Shown in pieces: positions 27,929-37,380 of a stretch of 64,000 nt of DNA. The first letter of the stretch is position 1, and each line of letters opens with the position of its first letter. Under the pieces are notes generated by a model. The model did not search any database and had not been told where the DNA came from. It saw only the letters and a program-made list of their open reading frames with translations. Origin of the DNA: Deltaproteobacteria bacterium (GTDB taxonomy: Bacteria; Desulfobacterota; Binatia; Binatales; Binataceae). The stretch is taken from positions 10,127 to 74,126 of the forward strand of contig JAJZAI010000011.1 in assembly GCA_021799495.1 (NCBI GenBank), written 5' to 3'. The position numbers were made by a program, and so were the translations under genes.

Positions 27929-29305
27929 CTAGCGCTGGGGTTCGAAATCGACTCCAAGCGGCGGATTTTCCTTCTGGCCGCCGCACGCGCGCGCAATCAG
28001 CGGACGAACTTCCTCCGCGAAAATGCGCATCTGATCTTCGACTTCGCGCCCTTCGAAACCACCGGTTTCGAACCAGGCGTGGAACATGAAGTCATCGTAA
28101 CCGCAGCTTTCCTTGATTTTCATGATTTGCTCGGCCACTTCCGCAGGCGTGCCGAACAGCGCGACATGCTTGTCGAGCAGCGTCTGGCCGGTGACCTTGC
28201 GCGCAAGATCGAGCATTGGTTCGTCCGCCTCGGCGAGGACGGCGGCAAATCCGAACGGTCCGTAGTAATCCCACTGCAGCTCGAGCGAGTTGCGGAAGCG
28301 GGCGAGCTCGCGTTCGCGATTCATCCCGGGCGTCACGAGATGAATGTAGCGCGCGGTCACGACCCCGCGCCGGCGCTCGGCGTCCCATCCGAATTTGAAT
28401 TTGCCGCGCCCCAACCGATCGGGCCATCCGCACTTTTCGGATTCCTCGTAGTACATCTCGATATTCTTGCGCAGGCGCGAATTGGGCTCGACGATGAAGT
28501 AGCCATTGACGCCGCGCTGCGCCGCCCATCGGATCGAGCGTTCGGTCGTCAGCGGCTCCCAGAGTTGCGGATGCGGCCGTTGCAGCGGCTGCGGAAAAAC
28601 CTGCAGCTCCTTGAGTACGGTCGCGGATTGCGTCACGGGGTTCGGGCCGCCGTAGGGATCGGGAGGGCCAACCGCCAATACCTCGTCGAGACGCCGTCCG
28701 GCCTTGCCGCTCTTGAAGTACGCGATCGTCTGCTTGTGATTCCAGCGCGTGAAGACCGGCGGAATCGTGTAGAACTGGCCGCGATGCGAGAACGAGGGCT
28801 GCGTCCACGCCTTGATAATGATCTCGTACGCTTCCTGATAGAACGCGCGGTTGCGCTCCTGATCCTGAATCGTCGAAAACGGCCAGCCGAAGACTTCGGC
28901 CTCGCGCGGCTGGTAGCCGCGGCCGATGCCGAATTCGAGCCGCCCGCCGCTCAGCACGTCGAGCATCGCGGCCTGCTCCGCGATTCTAATCGGATGCCAC
29001 CACGGCAGGATATTGGCGGCCTGTCCGAGCCGGATTCTGCTGGTGCGCGCCGCGATCGCGGTCTCGGAGAGCAGCGGACTGGGCGAGAATTCAGCGCCCT
29101 CGGGCTGGAAGTGATGCTCGGTCATGAAGAAGTAGTTGAAACCGAGACGGTCGGCGAGGATGCCCTGCCGCACCTGGTTTACCAGCACCCGCTGATTGCT
29201 TTCGTGAACCTCCCCAAGGCTGCCGTCGTTGATGACCACGCCGTCGGAGGTCGTCGCCAACGGCAGATCGTTCGAGCCGTTGTGAAAGACGCCGATTTCG
29301 AGCAT
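27929..29305 (-). CDS. LLM-class flavin-dependent oxidoreductase (luciferase-like monooxygenase)
   Basis: 458 aa with a MTEHHFQPEGAEFSPSP...GRLEFGIGRGY pattern typical of luciferase-like monooxygenases. Confidence 0.8.
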   Translation of the reverse strand: MLEIGVFHNGSNDLPLATTSDGVVINDGSLGEVHESNQRVLVNQVRQGILADRLGFNYFFMTEHHFQPEGAEFSPSPLLSETAIAARTSRIRLGQAANILPWWHPIRIAEQAAMLDVLSGGRLEFGIGRGYQPREAEVFGWPFSTIQDQERNRAFYQEAYEIIIKAWTQPSFSHRGQFYTIPPVFTRWNHKQTIAYFKSGKAGRRLDEVLAVGPPDPYGGPNPVTQSATVLKELQVFPQPLQRPHPQLWEPLTTERSIRWAAQRGVNGYFIVEPNSRLRKNIEMYYEESEKCGWPDRLGRGKFKFGWDAERRRGVVTARYIHLVTPGMNRERELARFRNSLELQWDYYGPFGFAAVLAEADEPMLDLARKVTGQTLLDKHVALFGTPAEVAEQIMKIKESCGYDDFMFHAWFETGGFEGREVEDQMRIFAEEVRPLIARACGGQKENPPLGVDFEPQR

Positions 29306-29359
29306 TTTGCCTAACTCCTTTGCCGCCTTTGTTCAGTCGCCGATCCGGCGCGAACGGAA

Positions 29360-30112
29360 TTAAACGGCCGAATAGCCTCCGTCCACGACGAATTCCGCGC
29401 CGGTCACGTATGACGCTTCGTCGCTGACCAGAAACAGCACCACGTTGGCGACTTCGTCCGCCGTGCCCTCGCGGCCCATCGGCACGACGGCCTTCACGCC
29501 AGCGCGAAGATCGTTCGGTATCAGGTCGGCCATCTGCGTCGAAATCACTCCCGGATGAACCGAGTTGACGCGAATTCCCTCGCGGGCGTACTCGGCCGCC
29601 GCGGTCTTGGTGAGCAGCCGGACGGCGCCTTTCGTGCCGTGATACGCCGCCGAGGTCGGCGTGCCAACCAGGCCCGCCACCGACGAGATGTTCACGATCG
29701 CGCCCGCGCCGCGCCGGCGCATCGCCGGCGCCGCCGTCTTCATTCCGAGCCACACGCCTTTTTGATTGATGTTGACGATCGAATCCCAAAGCTCCTCGCT
29801 GGTCTCCTCGATTTTCGCGCCGTTGTAGACGCCGGCGTTGTTGACCAGGATGTCGAGTCCGCCGAATTCGCGCTCGCACATATCGACCGCATTGCGCCAG
29901 TCGGCGCCGCGCGTCACGTCGAGCCGGACCGCCGCCGCGACTTTCGCTCCCGCCTTCGCGTTCAGCTCTTTGGCGAGGTTCGCGACCTGCGCTTCGAGCA
30001 CGTCGCCGACCACCACCTTCGCCCCCTCATTGACGAACCGGCGCGCCTCGCACGCGCCCTGGCCGCGCGCGCCTCCAGAAATCAGCGTCACTTTGCCCTT
30101 CAATCGATCCAT
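29360..30112 (-). CDS. SDR family oxidoreductase
   Basis: 250 aa with the Rossmann motif ISGGARGQG, NNAG, and catalytic S...YHGTK. Confidence 0.9.
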   Translation of the reverse strand: MDRLKGKVTLISGGARGQGACEARRFVNEGAKVVVGDVLEAQVANLAKELNAKAGAKVAAAVRLDVTRGADWRNAVDMCEREFGGLDILVNNAGVYNGAKIEETSEELWDSIVNINQKGVWLGMKTAAPAMRRRGAGAIVNISSVAGLVGTPTSAAYHGTKGAVRLLTKTAAAEYAREGIRVNSVHPGVISTQMADLIPNDLRAGVKAVVPMGREGTADEVANVVLFLVSDEASYVTGAEFVVDGGYSAV

Positions 30113-30258
30113 GATTGATATCGCTCCCTGAACTCGCCCGATCGCCGCCCGCGCATAAACTTCCCCAACTGAACGACGCGGCGCCCGGCCGATGCGTCAT
30201 CCATAGCAAGCGGCCGGGCCATATGAAAATAAACGTTCGCGCCGCGGTTATCCAAAAC

Positions 30259-31482
30259 CTAGCGGTCGCCGCGACGCAGCACGCCCGCGCTTTCGAGCTC
30301 GCGCACGCGGTCGCCGGCGAGGCCGAGATACTCGCCCAGCACTTCCGCGTTATGCTCGCCCAGCAGCGGCGCCTCCAGCGCCAGTTCGCCCGGAAATTCC
30401 GAAAAGCGCAGCGGAAAACCCGGTATGTCGAATTCGCCCAGAATCCGATCGCTGACGCGCCGCACCGTGCGGCGCGCGCGCAACTGCGGATGGTTCACCG
30501 CGCGCTCGACGCTCAGCACCGGCCCGATCGGCACGCGCGCCTCGTCGAGCGCGGCCATCGCCGCTTCGTCGCTCGGCTGCGCCTGTAGCCACGCCTCGAT
30601 CGCCGGGATGATTTCCGCCGAGCGTTGCGCGCGCAAGGCGCCGGTTTTCATCGTTGGCTCGTCGGCCCACTCGGGCCGTCCGATCACGCGGCACAGGCGC
30701 GCCCATTGCTGATCGAGCGCGACGATGAACACGTGGCCGTCGCGGCTTTTGAAGACGCCGCCCGGACAGATCAGGTAATGATGCGGGCCGTTGCGCCGCG
30801 GCTTGATCGCGCCGCCGCTCGCGCTCAGCAACTGCACGCTCAAATCGTGATAATGGAAGTAGGTGTCAACCAGCGCGGAATCGAGATATTGCCCCTTGCC
30901 GGTCCGCTCGCGATAGAGCAGCGCCGCCAGCACCGCGCTCAGCGCATGGACGCCCGTGCTCACGTCGCCCATCGCCATCGTCGTAAAGACCGGCGATCCG
31001 TCGCGTTCGCCGGTCATGTCGATCACGCCCGCATACGCCGCCGCGATATGATCGTAGCCGGGCTTGTGCGCCATCGGCCCGGTCTGGCCCAGCAGCGAGA
31101 TTGAGCACATCACGACGCGCGGATTCAGTTCGCGCACCGTCTCGTAATCGAAGCCGAGCCGCTTGATCACGCCGGGCGCGAAATTCTCGACCACGACGTC
31201 GACCTTGCGCACCAGTTCGCGCACCAGCTCGCGGCCCTCGGGATTTTTCAGATCGACGCAGATGCTTTTCTTGCCGCGGTTCTGCTGCACGAAATAGGCG
31301 CTGCGCCCGTCGCGCACGAACGGCAGATGGCGCGAATGGTCGCCGTTCGGCGCCAGCTCGACCTTGATTATCTCCGCGCCCATCTCGGCCATCATGCGGG
31401 TCACCGTCGGCCCCGCGACGAGCTGGCTGAAATCGAGAGCCTTGTATCCGTCAAGCACGTGGCGCGACGATAAATCGGGCAT
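30259..31482 (-). CDS. family III CoA-transferase (CaiB/BaiF)
   Basis: 407 aa with VLDFSQLVAGPTVTRMMAEMGAEIIKVE and ENFAPGV motifs. Confidence 0.88.
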   Translation of the reverse strand: MPDLSSRHVLDGYKALDFSQLVAGPTVTRMMAEMGAEIIKVELAPNGDHSRHLPFVRDGRSAYFVQQNRGKKSICVDLKNPEGRELVRELVRKVDVVVENFAPGVIKRLGFDYETVRELNPRVVMCSISLLGQTGPMAHKPGYDHIAAAYAGVIDMTGERDGSPVFTTMAMGDVSTGVHALSAVLAALLYRERTGKGQYLDSALVDTYFHYHDLSVQLLSASGGAIKPRRNGPHHYLICPGGVFKSRDGHVFIVALDQQWARLCRVIGRPEWADEPTMKTGALRAQRSAEIIPAIEAWLQAQPSDEAAMAALDEARVPIGPVLSVERAVNHPQLRARRTVRRVSDRILGEFDIPGFPLRFSEFPGELALEAPLLGEHNAEVLGEYLGLAGDRVRELESAGVLRRGDR

Positions 31483-31631
31483 GGCGTTTTTTCTCCCCAG
31501 GCGGCGCCGCTCGGGCGTCCGCGAACGCTTCGATTGCTAGAACCGATCGGCCATCCGCGTCAACCCGGATAAGGATCGGCGAGCGCATCCCGCGGTTCGC
31601 GGCGCATCCCGGCCGTGATAATCATCGCACG

Positions 31632-32474
31632 ATGAAGTTCGGACTGTTTGGCTTCAACATGCGGCCCTGCGTCACGCCCGGCGCGATCGCGCAAATCGCG
31701 CGCGCGGCGGAGGCGGCCGGCTTCGAGAGCATGTGGGGCGGCGAGCATATTGCGCTCGCCGATCCGCAAACGCCCGACTCGCCGCTTTCGCCGCACACCG
31801 AATTCGTCGATTTGATTTCCGCCGCCGCCTTTGCCGGCGCGCATACCCGGACGCTCCGTTTCGTCACCGGCATCCTGCTGATCACCTTGCGCAATCCGGT
31901 CATCCTGGCGAAGCAGGTCGCCTCGCTCGACGCGCTCACCGGCGGACGCTTCACGCTCGGCGTCGGCATCGGCAACCTCGCCTTCGAGTTCGCCGCCGTG
32001 GGCGCGCCCTTCGACTCGAAAGGGCCGCGTGCCGAGGAGGCGGTCGCCGCGATGCGCGCGTTGTGGTCGATGGAGCGCGCGGAATTTCACGGGCGCTGGT
32101 ATTCGTTCGCGGGCGTGCGCGCCGAGCCGCGTCCGGCCGCGGGCGCGCGGATTCCGATCGTATGGGGCGGCAAGTCGGCCTACGCCTTCGCCCGCACCGC
32201 GCGATCCGGCGCCGGATGGTTCGGTTACGCGCTCGACCTGGACGCGACCCGCCGATGCATCGACGGCATCCGCAAGGCGTGCGTGAAAATCGGCCGCCCG
32301 CCCGATGAGATCGAAATCAGCGTCACGCCCAAGGGCGCGCTCGATCGCGATTTGGCGCGGCGCTACGCGGATTTGGGCGTCGCGCGGATAGTGATGCCGC
32401 CGCCCGGCCGCGACGTTGCGGAGGCGCTGCGAACGATCGCCCGCGCCGAGCGCGATCTCATCGGCGGCATCTGA
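31632..32474 (+). CDS. LLM-class (probably F420-dependent) oxidoreductase
   Basis: 280 aa with an MKFGLF...ESMWGGEHIAL N-terminus and GRFTLGVGIG. Confidence 0.8.
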   Translation: MKFGLFGFNMRPCVTPGAIAQIARAAEAAGFESMWGGEHIALADPQTPDSPLSPHTEFVDLISAAAFAGAHTRTLRFVTGILLITLRNPVILAKQVASLDALTGGRFTLGVGIGNLAFEFAAVGAPFDSKGPRAEEAVAAMRALWSMERAEFHGRWYSFAGVRAEPRPAAGARIPIVWGGKSAYAFARTARSGAGWFGYALDLDATRRCIDGIRKACVKIGRPPDEIEISVTPKGALDRDLARRYADLGVARIVMPPPGRDVAEALRTIARAERDLIGGI

Positions 32475-32650
32475 TGCAGCCTCCTGCCGGCTGCACGAGG
32501 AATGCGCTCAGGCCGCGTCCGCATCCGCCTTCAGCGCGAGGAATCGTTGGATCATTTCGCCCGCTCCCCCAAGCCCCCCATGCGGGTAAGGCCTATTTTC
32601 GGGTTGCTGACACAATGCGGGTCGTTGTGATTTACTGCGATAAGACCGCT

Positions 32651-33217
32651 ATGGCCACGCGACGACAAAGGCCCGATGATGAAAAACTTCGGGAACTGAT
32701 TTTGTACCTCGTATCTCTCTCGGCGCGAGACGAGAATTTTGGTGCGGTCAAATTAAACAAGCTGCTCTTCTACGCTGATTTTCTGGCATACCAACGGTTT
32801 GGTCGCGCTATAACGGGTCAAGAATATCAAGCGTTACCGCAAGGCCCGTGTCCACGACGTTTGGTTCCAGTTGTTGAGCGGATGAAGAATGCAGGAGACT
32901 TGGCTGAAGAAGCCGTTCGTCGCTACCGATTCCGCCAAAAAAAGCCAGTTGCGATCAGAACTGCAGATCTCAATAAGTTCAGCCGCCAGGAACTGGATCT
33001 GATCGAGGAAGTGGTAGGGAGATTCTGGAAAATGAATGCGACGCAGATTAGCGACGAATCGCATTTGTTTTTAGGTTGGCAACTTGCCGCACTCGGCGAG
33101 ACAATTCCGTACAGCGTTGTGCTTATCGGAAACCGTAAGCCCACCGATCGAGAAAAGCGCACTGGGCGAGCAATGCAGAAGCTTGCGAGAGAGGCGCTTG
33201 CCGGGAATCACAGATAG
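32651..33217 (+). CDS. Panacea/DUF4065 (SocA-like) domain antitoxin candidate
   Basis: 188 aa from the ATG at 32651 (alternative in-frame ATG at 32615). Carries the signature GAVKLNKLLFYADFLAYQRFGRAITGQEYQALPQGP. The gene lies in a low-G+C islet. Confidence 0.75.
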   Translation: MATRRQRPDDEKLRELILYLVSLSARDENFGAVKLNKLLFYADFLAYQRFGRAITGQEYQALPQGPCPRRLVPVVERMKNAGDLAEEAVRRYRFRQKKPVAIRTADLNKFSRQELDLIEEVVGRFWKMNATQISDESHLFLGWQLAALGETIPYSVVLIGNRKPTDREKRTGRAMQKLAREALAGNHR

Positions 33218-33220
33218 GTC

Positions 33221-33496
33221 TTGCGACAGATCGTTAAAACGCATCCGTTCGAGGTGCAGTTACGAGACCTCATTAAGGACGGTGTCAAGGCAGCCGACGA
33301 ATTCATTGAAGGATTGGAATTCGCCTTGGCGCGAAAGCCGGAAATCGGCTCTCGCGTGACTACGGACGATCCGCCCATCTGGTTTGTGCCAGTCGTCCAT
33401 GTTGACCGCGTGACGCCTATGACGGTGTATTATACGTTCGACGATGAATGCGTTTACCTTCTGTCTATCCAGCTAGCTATAGGGACGGAAAATTAA
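33221..33496 (+). CDS. hypothetical 91-aa protein, putative toxin partner of the Panacea-domain gene
   Basis: TTG start 3 nt after the upstream stop, and the same low G+C. The C-terminus PMTVYYTFDDECVYLLSI resembles the terminal strands of RelE/ParE-fold toxins by pattern only. Confidence 0.5.
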   Translation: MRQIVKTHPFEVQLRDLIKDGVKAADEFIEGLEFALARKPEIGSRVTTDDPPIWFVPVVHVDRVTPMTVYYTFDDECVYLLSIQLAIGTEN

Positions 33497-33524
33497 ACTA
33501 ATAAGCTCGGAGCCAACCGCGCGG

Positions 33525-34559
33525 TTACGGGCGGGGGGAGGGGGTGATTTCCAGCGCGTGCTTCTCTACGCCCCGGATCACCGTCAGCTCCGACGGCTTG
33601 CCGACCCGATCGCCCGTCAACATCCGCTGCAAATCGTCGATGCCCGCCACCGGCGCGCCGCCGAACGCGACGATCACGTCGTTGCGCATCACCCCCGCGC
33701 GTTCCGCCGGACTGCCCGCTTCGACCGACGCGGCCATCACGCCGCTATGTGTCGGCAGCGCATGAAACCGCACCAGCCGCCGCGGCAGCGGCACGTCCTG
33801 GCCGGCCATCCCGATCCACGCCCGTTCGACCCGGCCGTGACGCATCAGTTGCGCCGCGACCAGCTTGGCCGTGTTGACCGCGATCGCGAAGCAGAGTCCC
33901 TGCGCGGGCAGGATCGTCGCCGTGTTGACGCCGATCACCTCGGCGCGCGAGCTGACCAGCGGACCGCCCGAGTTGCCGGGGTTCAAGGCCGCGTCGGTCT
34001 GCACGACGTTGTCGATCAGCCGGCCCGATTGCGAGCGCAGCGAGCGGCCGAGCGCGCTCACCACTCCGGCCGTCACGGAATATTGAAAGCCGAAGGGATT
34101 GCCGATCGCGATCGCAAGCTGGCCGACCCGGATCCGCTGCGAGTCGCCGAGTTTGGCGGCGGTCAAATCACTGCCGCCGATCCGGATTACCGCGAGGTCG
34201 GTGTCGGGATCGTCGCCGACCGGCTCGGCGCGCATCCGGCGCCCGTCGTTGAGCGTCACGTCGATCCGGCCGGCGCCGTGCACCACGTGGCTGTTGGTCA
34301 GAACGTAGCCGTCGGGCGTGAAGATAAAGCCGGACCCCGTCGCGTGCGGCCCGGAGCGCGCGGCGCGGGCGTCGCCCGCTGGGGCGTTGCGGCGCGAAAC
34401 CTCGATATAGACGACCGCCGGGCTGATTACCTCGGCGGCGTGAATCACCGCGCTCGAATAAGCGTCGAACAATTCGGCGTCCTGCGGATTTTCGATCGCG
34501 CCCGCGGCGCCTTGCGCCCCGCTTGACGCGGACAGGGCGCGGACTTTCGGTTTCGTCAT
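33525..34559 (-). CDS. S1C (HtrA/DegP-like) serine protease with PDZ domain
   Basis: 344 aa with catalytic His (TNSHVV), Asp (DLAVI) and Ser (GNSGGPL), plus a C-terminal PDZ-like region. No obvious N-terminal signal or TM segment. Confidence 0.88.
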   Translation of the reverse strand: MTKPKVRALSASSGAQGAAGAIENPQDAELFDAYSSAVIHAAEVISPAVVYIEVSRRNAPAGDARAARSGPHATGSGFIFTPDGYVLTNSHVVHGAGRIDVTLNDGRRMRAEPVGDDPDTDLAVIRIGGSDLTAAKLGDSQRIRVGQLAIAIGNPFGFQYSVTAGVVSALGRSLRSQSGRLIDNVVQTDAALNPGNSGGPLVSSRAEVIGVNTATILPAQGLCFAIAVNTAKLVAAQLMRHGRVERAWIGMAGQDVPLPRRLVRFHALPTHSGVMAASVEAGSPAERAGVMRNDVIVAFGGAPVAGIDDLQRMLTGDRVGKPSELTVIRGVEKHALEITPSPRP

Positions 34560-34625
34560 GAAACTCTCCTGTCCTTTATTGTAACCATCGCGTCAAGAGG
34601 CCGCTTTCCGCGCAAATTGCGCCGC

Positions 34626-35153
34626 CTATTTCGGGTAACGGGCGATGCCGTCATTGATCAGGCGCGCCGCCTCGTCGATGCCGCTCCATTTGATGATTTT
34701 GACCCACTTACCCTTTTCGAGGTCCTTGTAGTGATGGAAAAAGTGCTGGATCTGCTCGCGCAGAATCGACGGCAGCTCCTCGTAGCCCTGAATCCCGCTG
34801 TAATAGGGGTTCAGCTTGTCGACCGGCAGGGCGATGATCTTTTCGTCGTGGCCGGCCTCGTCCTCCATGATCAGCGCGCCGATCGGACGGCAGCGCACGA
34901 CCGCGCCCGGAACCACTGGCGTCTGCGACACGACCAGCACGTCGCAGGGGTCGCCGTCCTCGGCGAGAGTGTTCGGAATAAAGCCGTAATTCCCCGGATA
35001 GAACATCGTGGTGTGCAGGAAACGATTGACGAACAGCGCGCCGGACACCTTGTCCAATTCGTATTTGACCGGCATCCCGCCCTGCGGAATCTCAATCACC
35101 ACGTTGATGTCGAAGGGCGGCGCGACTCCCGCGGGAATTTTGCTGATATCCAT
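34626..35153 (-). CDS. ppa: inorganic pyrophosphatase
   Basis: 175 aa from the ATG at 35153 (MDISKIPAG...). Family I PPase motifs EIPQGG..KYELD and [20 protein letters not shown]. Confidence 0.93.
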   Translation of the reverse strand: MDISKIPAGVAPPFDINVVIEIPQGGMPVKYELDKVSGALFVNRFLHTTMFYPGNYGFIPNTLAEDGDPCDVLVVSQTPVVPGAVVRCRPIGALIMEDEAGHDEKIIALPVDKLNPYYSGIQGYEELPSILREQIQHFFHHYKDLEKGKWVKIIKWSGIDEAARLINDGIARYPK

Positions 35154-35300
35154 CGGCAAGCGAACCTCGGCGTCAAATTTTAGGCCTTGACCGCGCGCGC
35201 CGCCATCGGCAGCCTTGCCGAAGCGCGAGCGCATCGGCTACCAACTGCATACGACGCGGAATCTCCGGCCGGCGGCAAGCGGCTCAAGGAAGGACTCGCG

Positions 35301-36413
35301 ATGGCTGTTCAGGCGAAGCTCAATCCACCTTTTCGCGCGGAACATATCGGCAGTTTGCTGCGGCCTGCGGAGCTGGTCGCGGCCTTCAGGGAACGCGCGC
35401 GCGGCAATCTTTCCGAAGCCGCATATCATCAGCTCGAAGACCGGCTGATCCTCGACGCCATCCGGATGCAGGAAGAGGTTGGCCTGCAATCGATCAGCGA
35501 CGGCGAGTATCGGCGCAGCTCGTGGGCGTACGGATTTGTCGAGGCGCTCGACGGTTTCGTCAACCGGCCGTCGCCGTGGCCGTTTCATGATGACGCGGGA
35601 CAGGAATATCCGATCGAAACCTGCCACGCGGCGGGCCGATTGCGCCGCCGTCGGGGAATCGCGACGCCGGAGTTTGAATTCGTCCGCGCGCATACCGCAC
35701 GCACCCCGAAGGTCACGATTCCCTCGCCCAGCTTCATGCATTTCTTTCAGGGCGGACGCGCCGCCGATCCGGCGGCCTATCCCGACCCCGAGGAGTTCTG
35801 GGACGACCTGCTGCGCATCTATGAGAAAGAGATCGCGGCGCTCGGCAAAATCGGCGCGAGTTGGCTCCAGATCGACGAAGTGCCGCAGGCGATGCTCTGC
35901 GATCCGAAAATCCGCGAGCAGGTGCGCGCCTTCGGCGAGGACCCCGAGCGCCTGACGCAAAAATATATCGACGCGGTGAACCGGATTCTGAAGGCGCGTC
36001 CGGCCGGAATGACGGTCGGGATGCATATGTGCCGGGGCAATTTCCGCTCGCGATGGCTGGCGGCGGGCGGCTACGACGCGGTGGCAGAGCGGCTATTCAA
36101 CGAGGTCGAGGTTGACGGATTCTTCCTCGAATACGATTCCGCGCGCGCGGGCGGCTTCGAGCCGCTGCGCTTCATGCCGCGCCATAAGTTCGCGGTGTTG
36201 GGAATAATCAGCACGAAGACGCCAGTGCTTGAGGATCGCGATTCGCTCCGCCGGCGCGTGGACGAGGCGGCGCGCTTCATGCCGTTCGAGCGGCTCGCGA
36301 TCAGTCCCCAGTGCGGTTTCGCCAGCACCGCCGGCGGCAATCAGATTACGCCGGAGGATCAGCGCGCCAAGCTGCGTCTGGTCGTCGAAACCGCCGCCGC
36401 GATCTGGGGATGA
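35301..36413 (+). CDS. cobalamin-independent methionine synthase II (MetE C-terminal-like) family protein
   Basis: 370 aa from the ATG at 35301 (AAGGAAGGA upstream). Has a HIGSLLRP N-terminus, HMCRGN, and a QCGFAS C-terminal Zn-ligand context. Confidence 0.8.
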   Translation: MAVQAKLNPPFRAEHIGSLLRPAELVAAFRERARGNLSEAAYHQLEDRLILDAIRMQEEVGLQSISDGEYRRSSWAYGFVEALDGFVNRPSPWPFHDDAGQEYPIETCHAAGRLRRRRGIATPEFEFVRAHTARTPKVTIPSPSFMHFFQGGRAADPAAYPDPEEFWDDLLRIYEKEIAALGKIGASWLQIDEVPQAMLCDPKIREQVRAFGEDPERLTQKYIDAVNRILKARPAGMTVGMHMCRGNFRSRWLAAGGYDAVAERLFNEVEVDGFFLEYDSARAGGFEPLRFMPRHKFAVLGIISTKTPVLEDRDSLRRRVDEAARFMPFERLAISPQCGFASTAGGNQITPEDQRAKLRLVVETAAAIWG

Positions 36414-36499
36414 TGCGCGTGACGGCGGGTGCGCGAAGTTCCGGTTGGTGGCGATTGGATCGGCGCGGTGCGCGAAGTGGCGCCGCGGGCCGCGAAATG

Positions 36500-36964
36500 T
36501 CACGCGCGTGATGCGGCGGTCGGCGGCACGCTCATCGGCGTGTACGAATCCAATTCGGCGTCGCCGATAATGACGCCGCCGGCGCTTTCGAGCCATGCGT
36601 GGGCCGCGAGTCTGCCGTCCTCGGATTTGCGTACGCCGATTTTAAGCTCGGAAAGATAGCCATAGCGCGCGAGCATCGTTTGGGTCGCGAGCGCCCTGAC
36701 AAGGCAATTCGAGCCGCGCGGCGTCACCACGCCGACCGCTCGGACCGCCCATGCGATTCGTTCGGGCGGCGGCGCGACCGTCCGGCGCGGCGGCGGCCCG
36801 CACCATGCACGCGATCGGCGTGCGGGTAATTGCACGCGCTGGCGCATCCGGTCGAAGCCGAGCACACGTAAGCCAATCGTGGTGCGAATCATCGAGAGCG
36901 CGGCCGAAACCACCAATTCCCGGTCCCGCGCTGGCAACTTCAAAAATTTACCGATTCGGCTCAT
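36500..36964 (-). CDS. transglutaminase-fold cysteine protease, lasso-peptide B2-type (PF13471-like)
   Basis: 154 aa. NCLVRALATQTMLARYGY...LKIGVRK...LAAHAWLESAGGVIIGD gives the Cys/His/Asp arrangement of McjB-C/B2 leader peptidases. Its start overlaps the upstream PqqD gene by 17 nt. Confidence 0.8.
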   Translation of the reverse strand: MSRIGKFLKLPARDRELVVSAALSMIRTTIGLRVLGFDRMRQRVQLPARRSRAWCGPPPRRTVAPPPERIAWAVRAVGVVTPRGSNCLVRALATQTMLARYGYLSELKIGVRKSEDGRLAAHAWLESAGGVIIGDAELDSYTPMSVPPTAASRA

Positions 36965-37286
36965 CGGCGACGCTAATCAGCCCGCGTGTGTTTAATTCGT
37001 CCAGAAGGCGCATCAAATCGATCTGGCACGCATCGCGCTCCACCTCGAATTGCGCGAGCATCGCGGCGAGCAATTCGCGCACCGGAACGGGTTTTTCAAG
37101 CATCCGCCAAATCGCCGCGCCGACCGGATTCAGGCCGTGGTAAACGCCGGTTTTCAAATTGAGAATCGCGGCTTCGCCTTCGAGGTCGCAGGAAAAATGA
37201 TGCGAGGCCGCGCAGACCGTCGAATCAAGCGTTATTTGAGCGGGAGCTGACTCCACAACCGAATCACCGTTGAGCAGGCTCGTCAA
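36948..37286 (-). CDS. PqqD-family RiPP recognition element, lasso-peptide B1-type
   Basis: 112 aa (TTG start; alternative GTG 30 nt downstream). Shows the PqqD pattern LEGEAAILNLKTGVYHGLNPVGAAIWRMLEKPVPVRELLAAMLAQFEVERDACQIDLMRLLDELNTRGLI. Confidence 0.8.
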   Translation of the reverse strand: MTSLLNGDSVVESAPAQITLDSTVCAASHHFSCDLEGEAAILNLKTGVYHGLNPVGAAIWRMLEKPVPVRELLAAMLAQFEVERDACQIDLMRLLDELNTRGLISVADEPNR

Positions 37287-37380
37287 TGCCGCGTCAAGAT
37301 GCGCGCTTGCTCATCATATGACGCTTTGCTTTCGCGAGCAACGAAGGCGCTTCGTATGTGCTCGTACGCCGCCGTCTGGA

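Noticed and set aside
32475-33520. Calling the toxin-antitoxin islet a mobile element
   Set aside because: No integrase, transposase, tRNA attachment site or flanking direct or inverted repeats were seen. Only the compositional shift supports horizontal origin, so it is reported as a finding and not as a mobile_element feature.
34610-34622. 13-nt palindrome GCGCAAATTGCGC between the ppa stop and the htrA-like start
   Set aside because: It is too short to distinguish from chance in GC-rich DNA. As RNA it forms only a 5-bp stem with a 3-nt loop, it has no U-tract, and no second copy was noticed.
35154-35300. Possible SAM or cobalamin riboswitch upstream of the MetE-like gene
   Set aside because: The spacer is only about 147 nt and must also hold the divergent ppa promoter. 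No B12 box and no SAM-riboswitch core motif that I can recognise is present.
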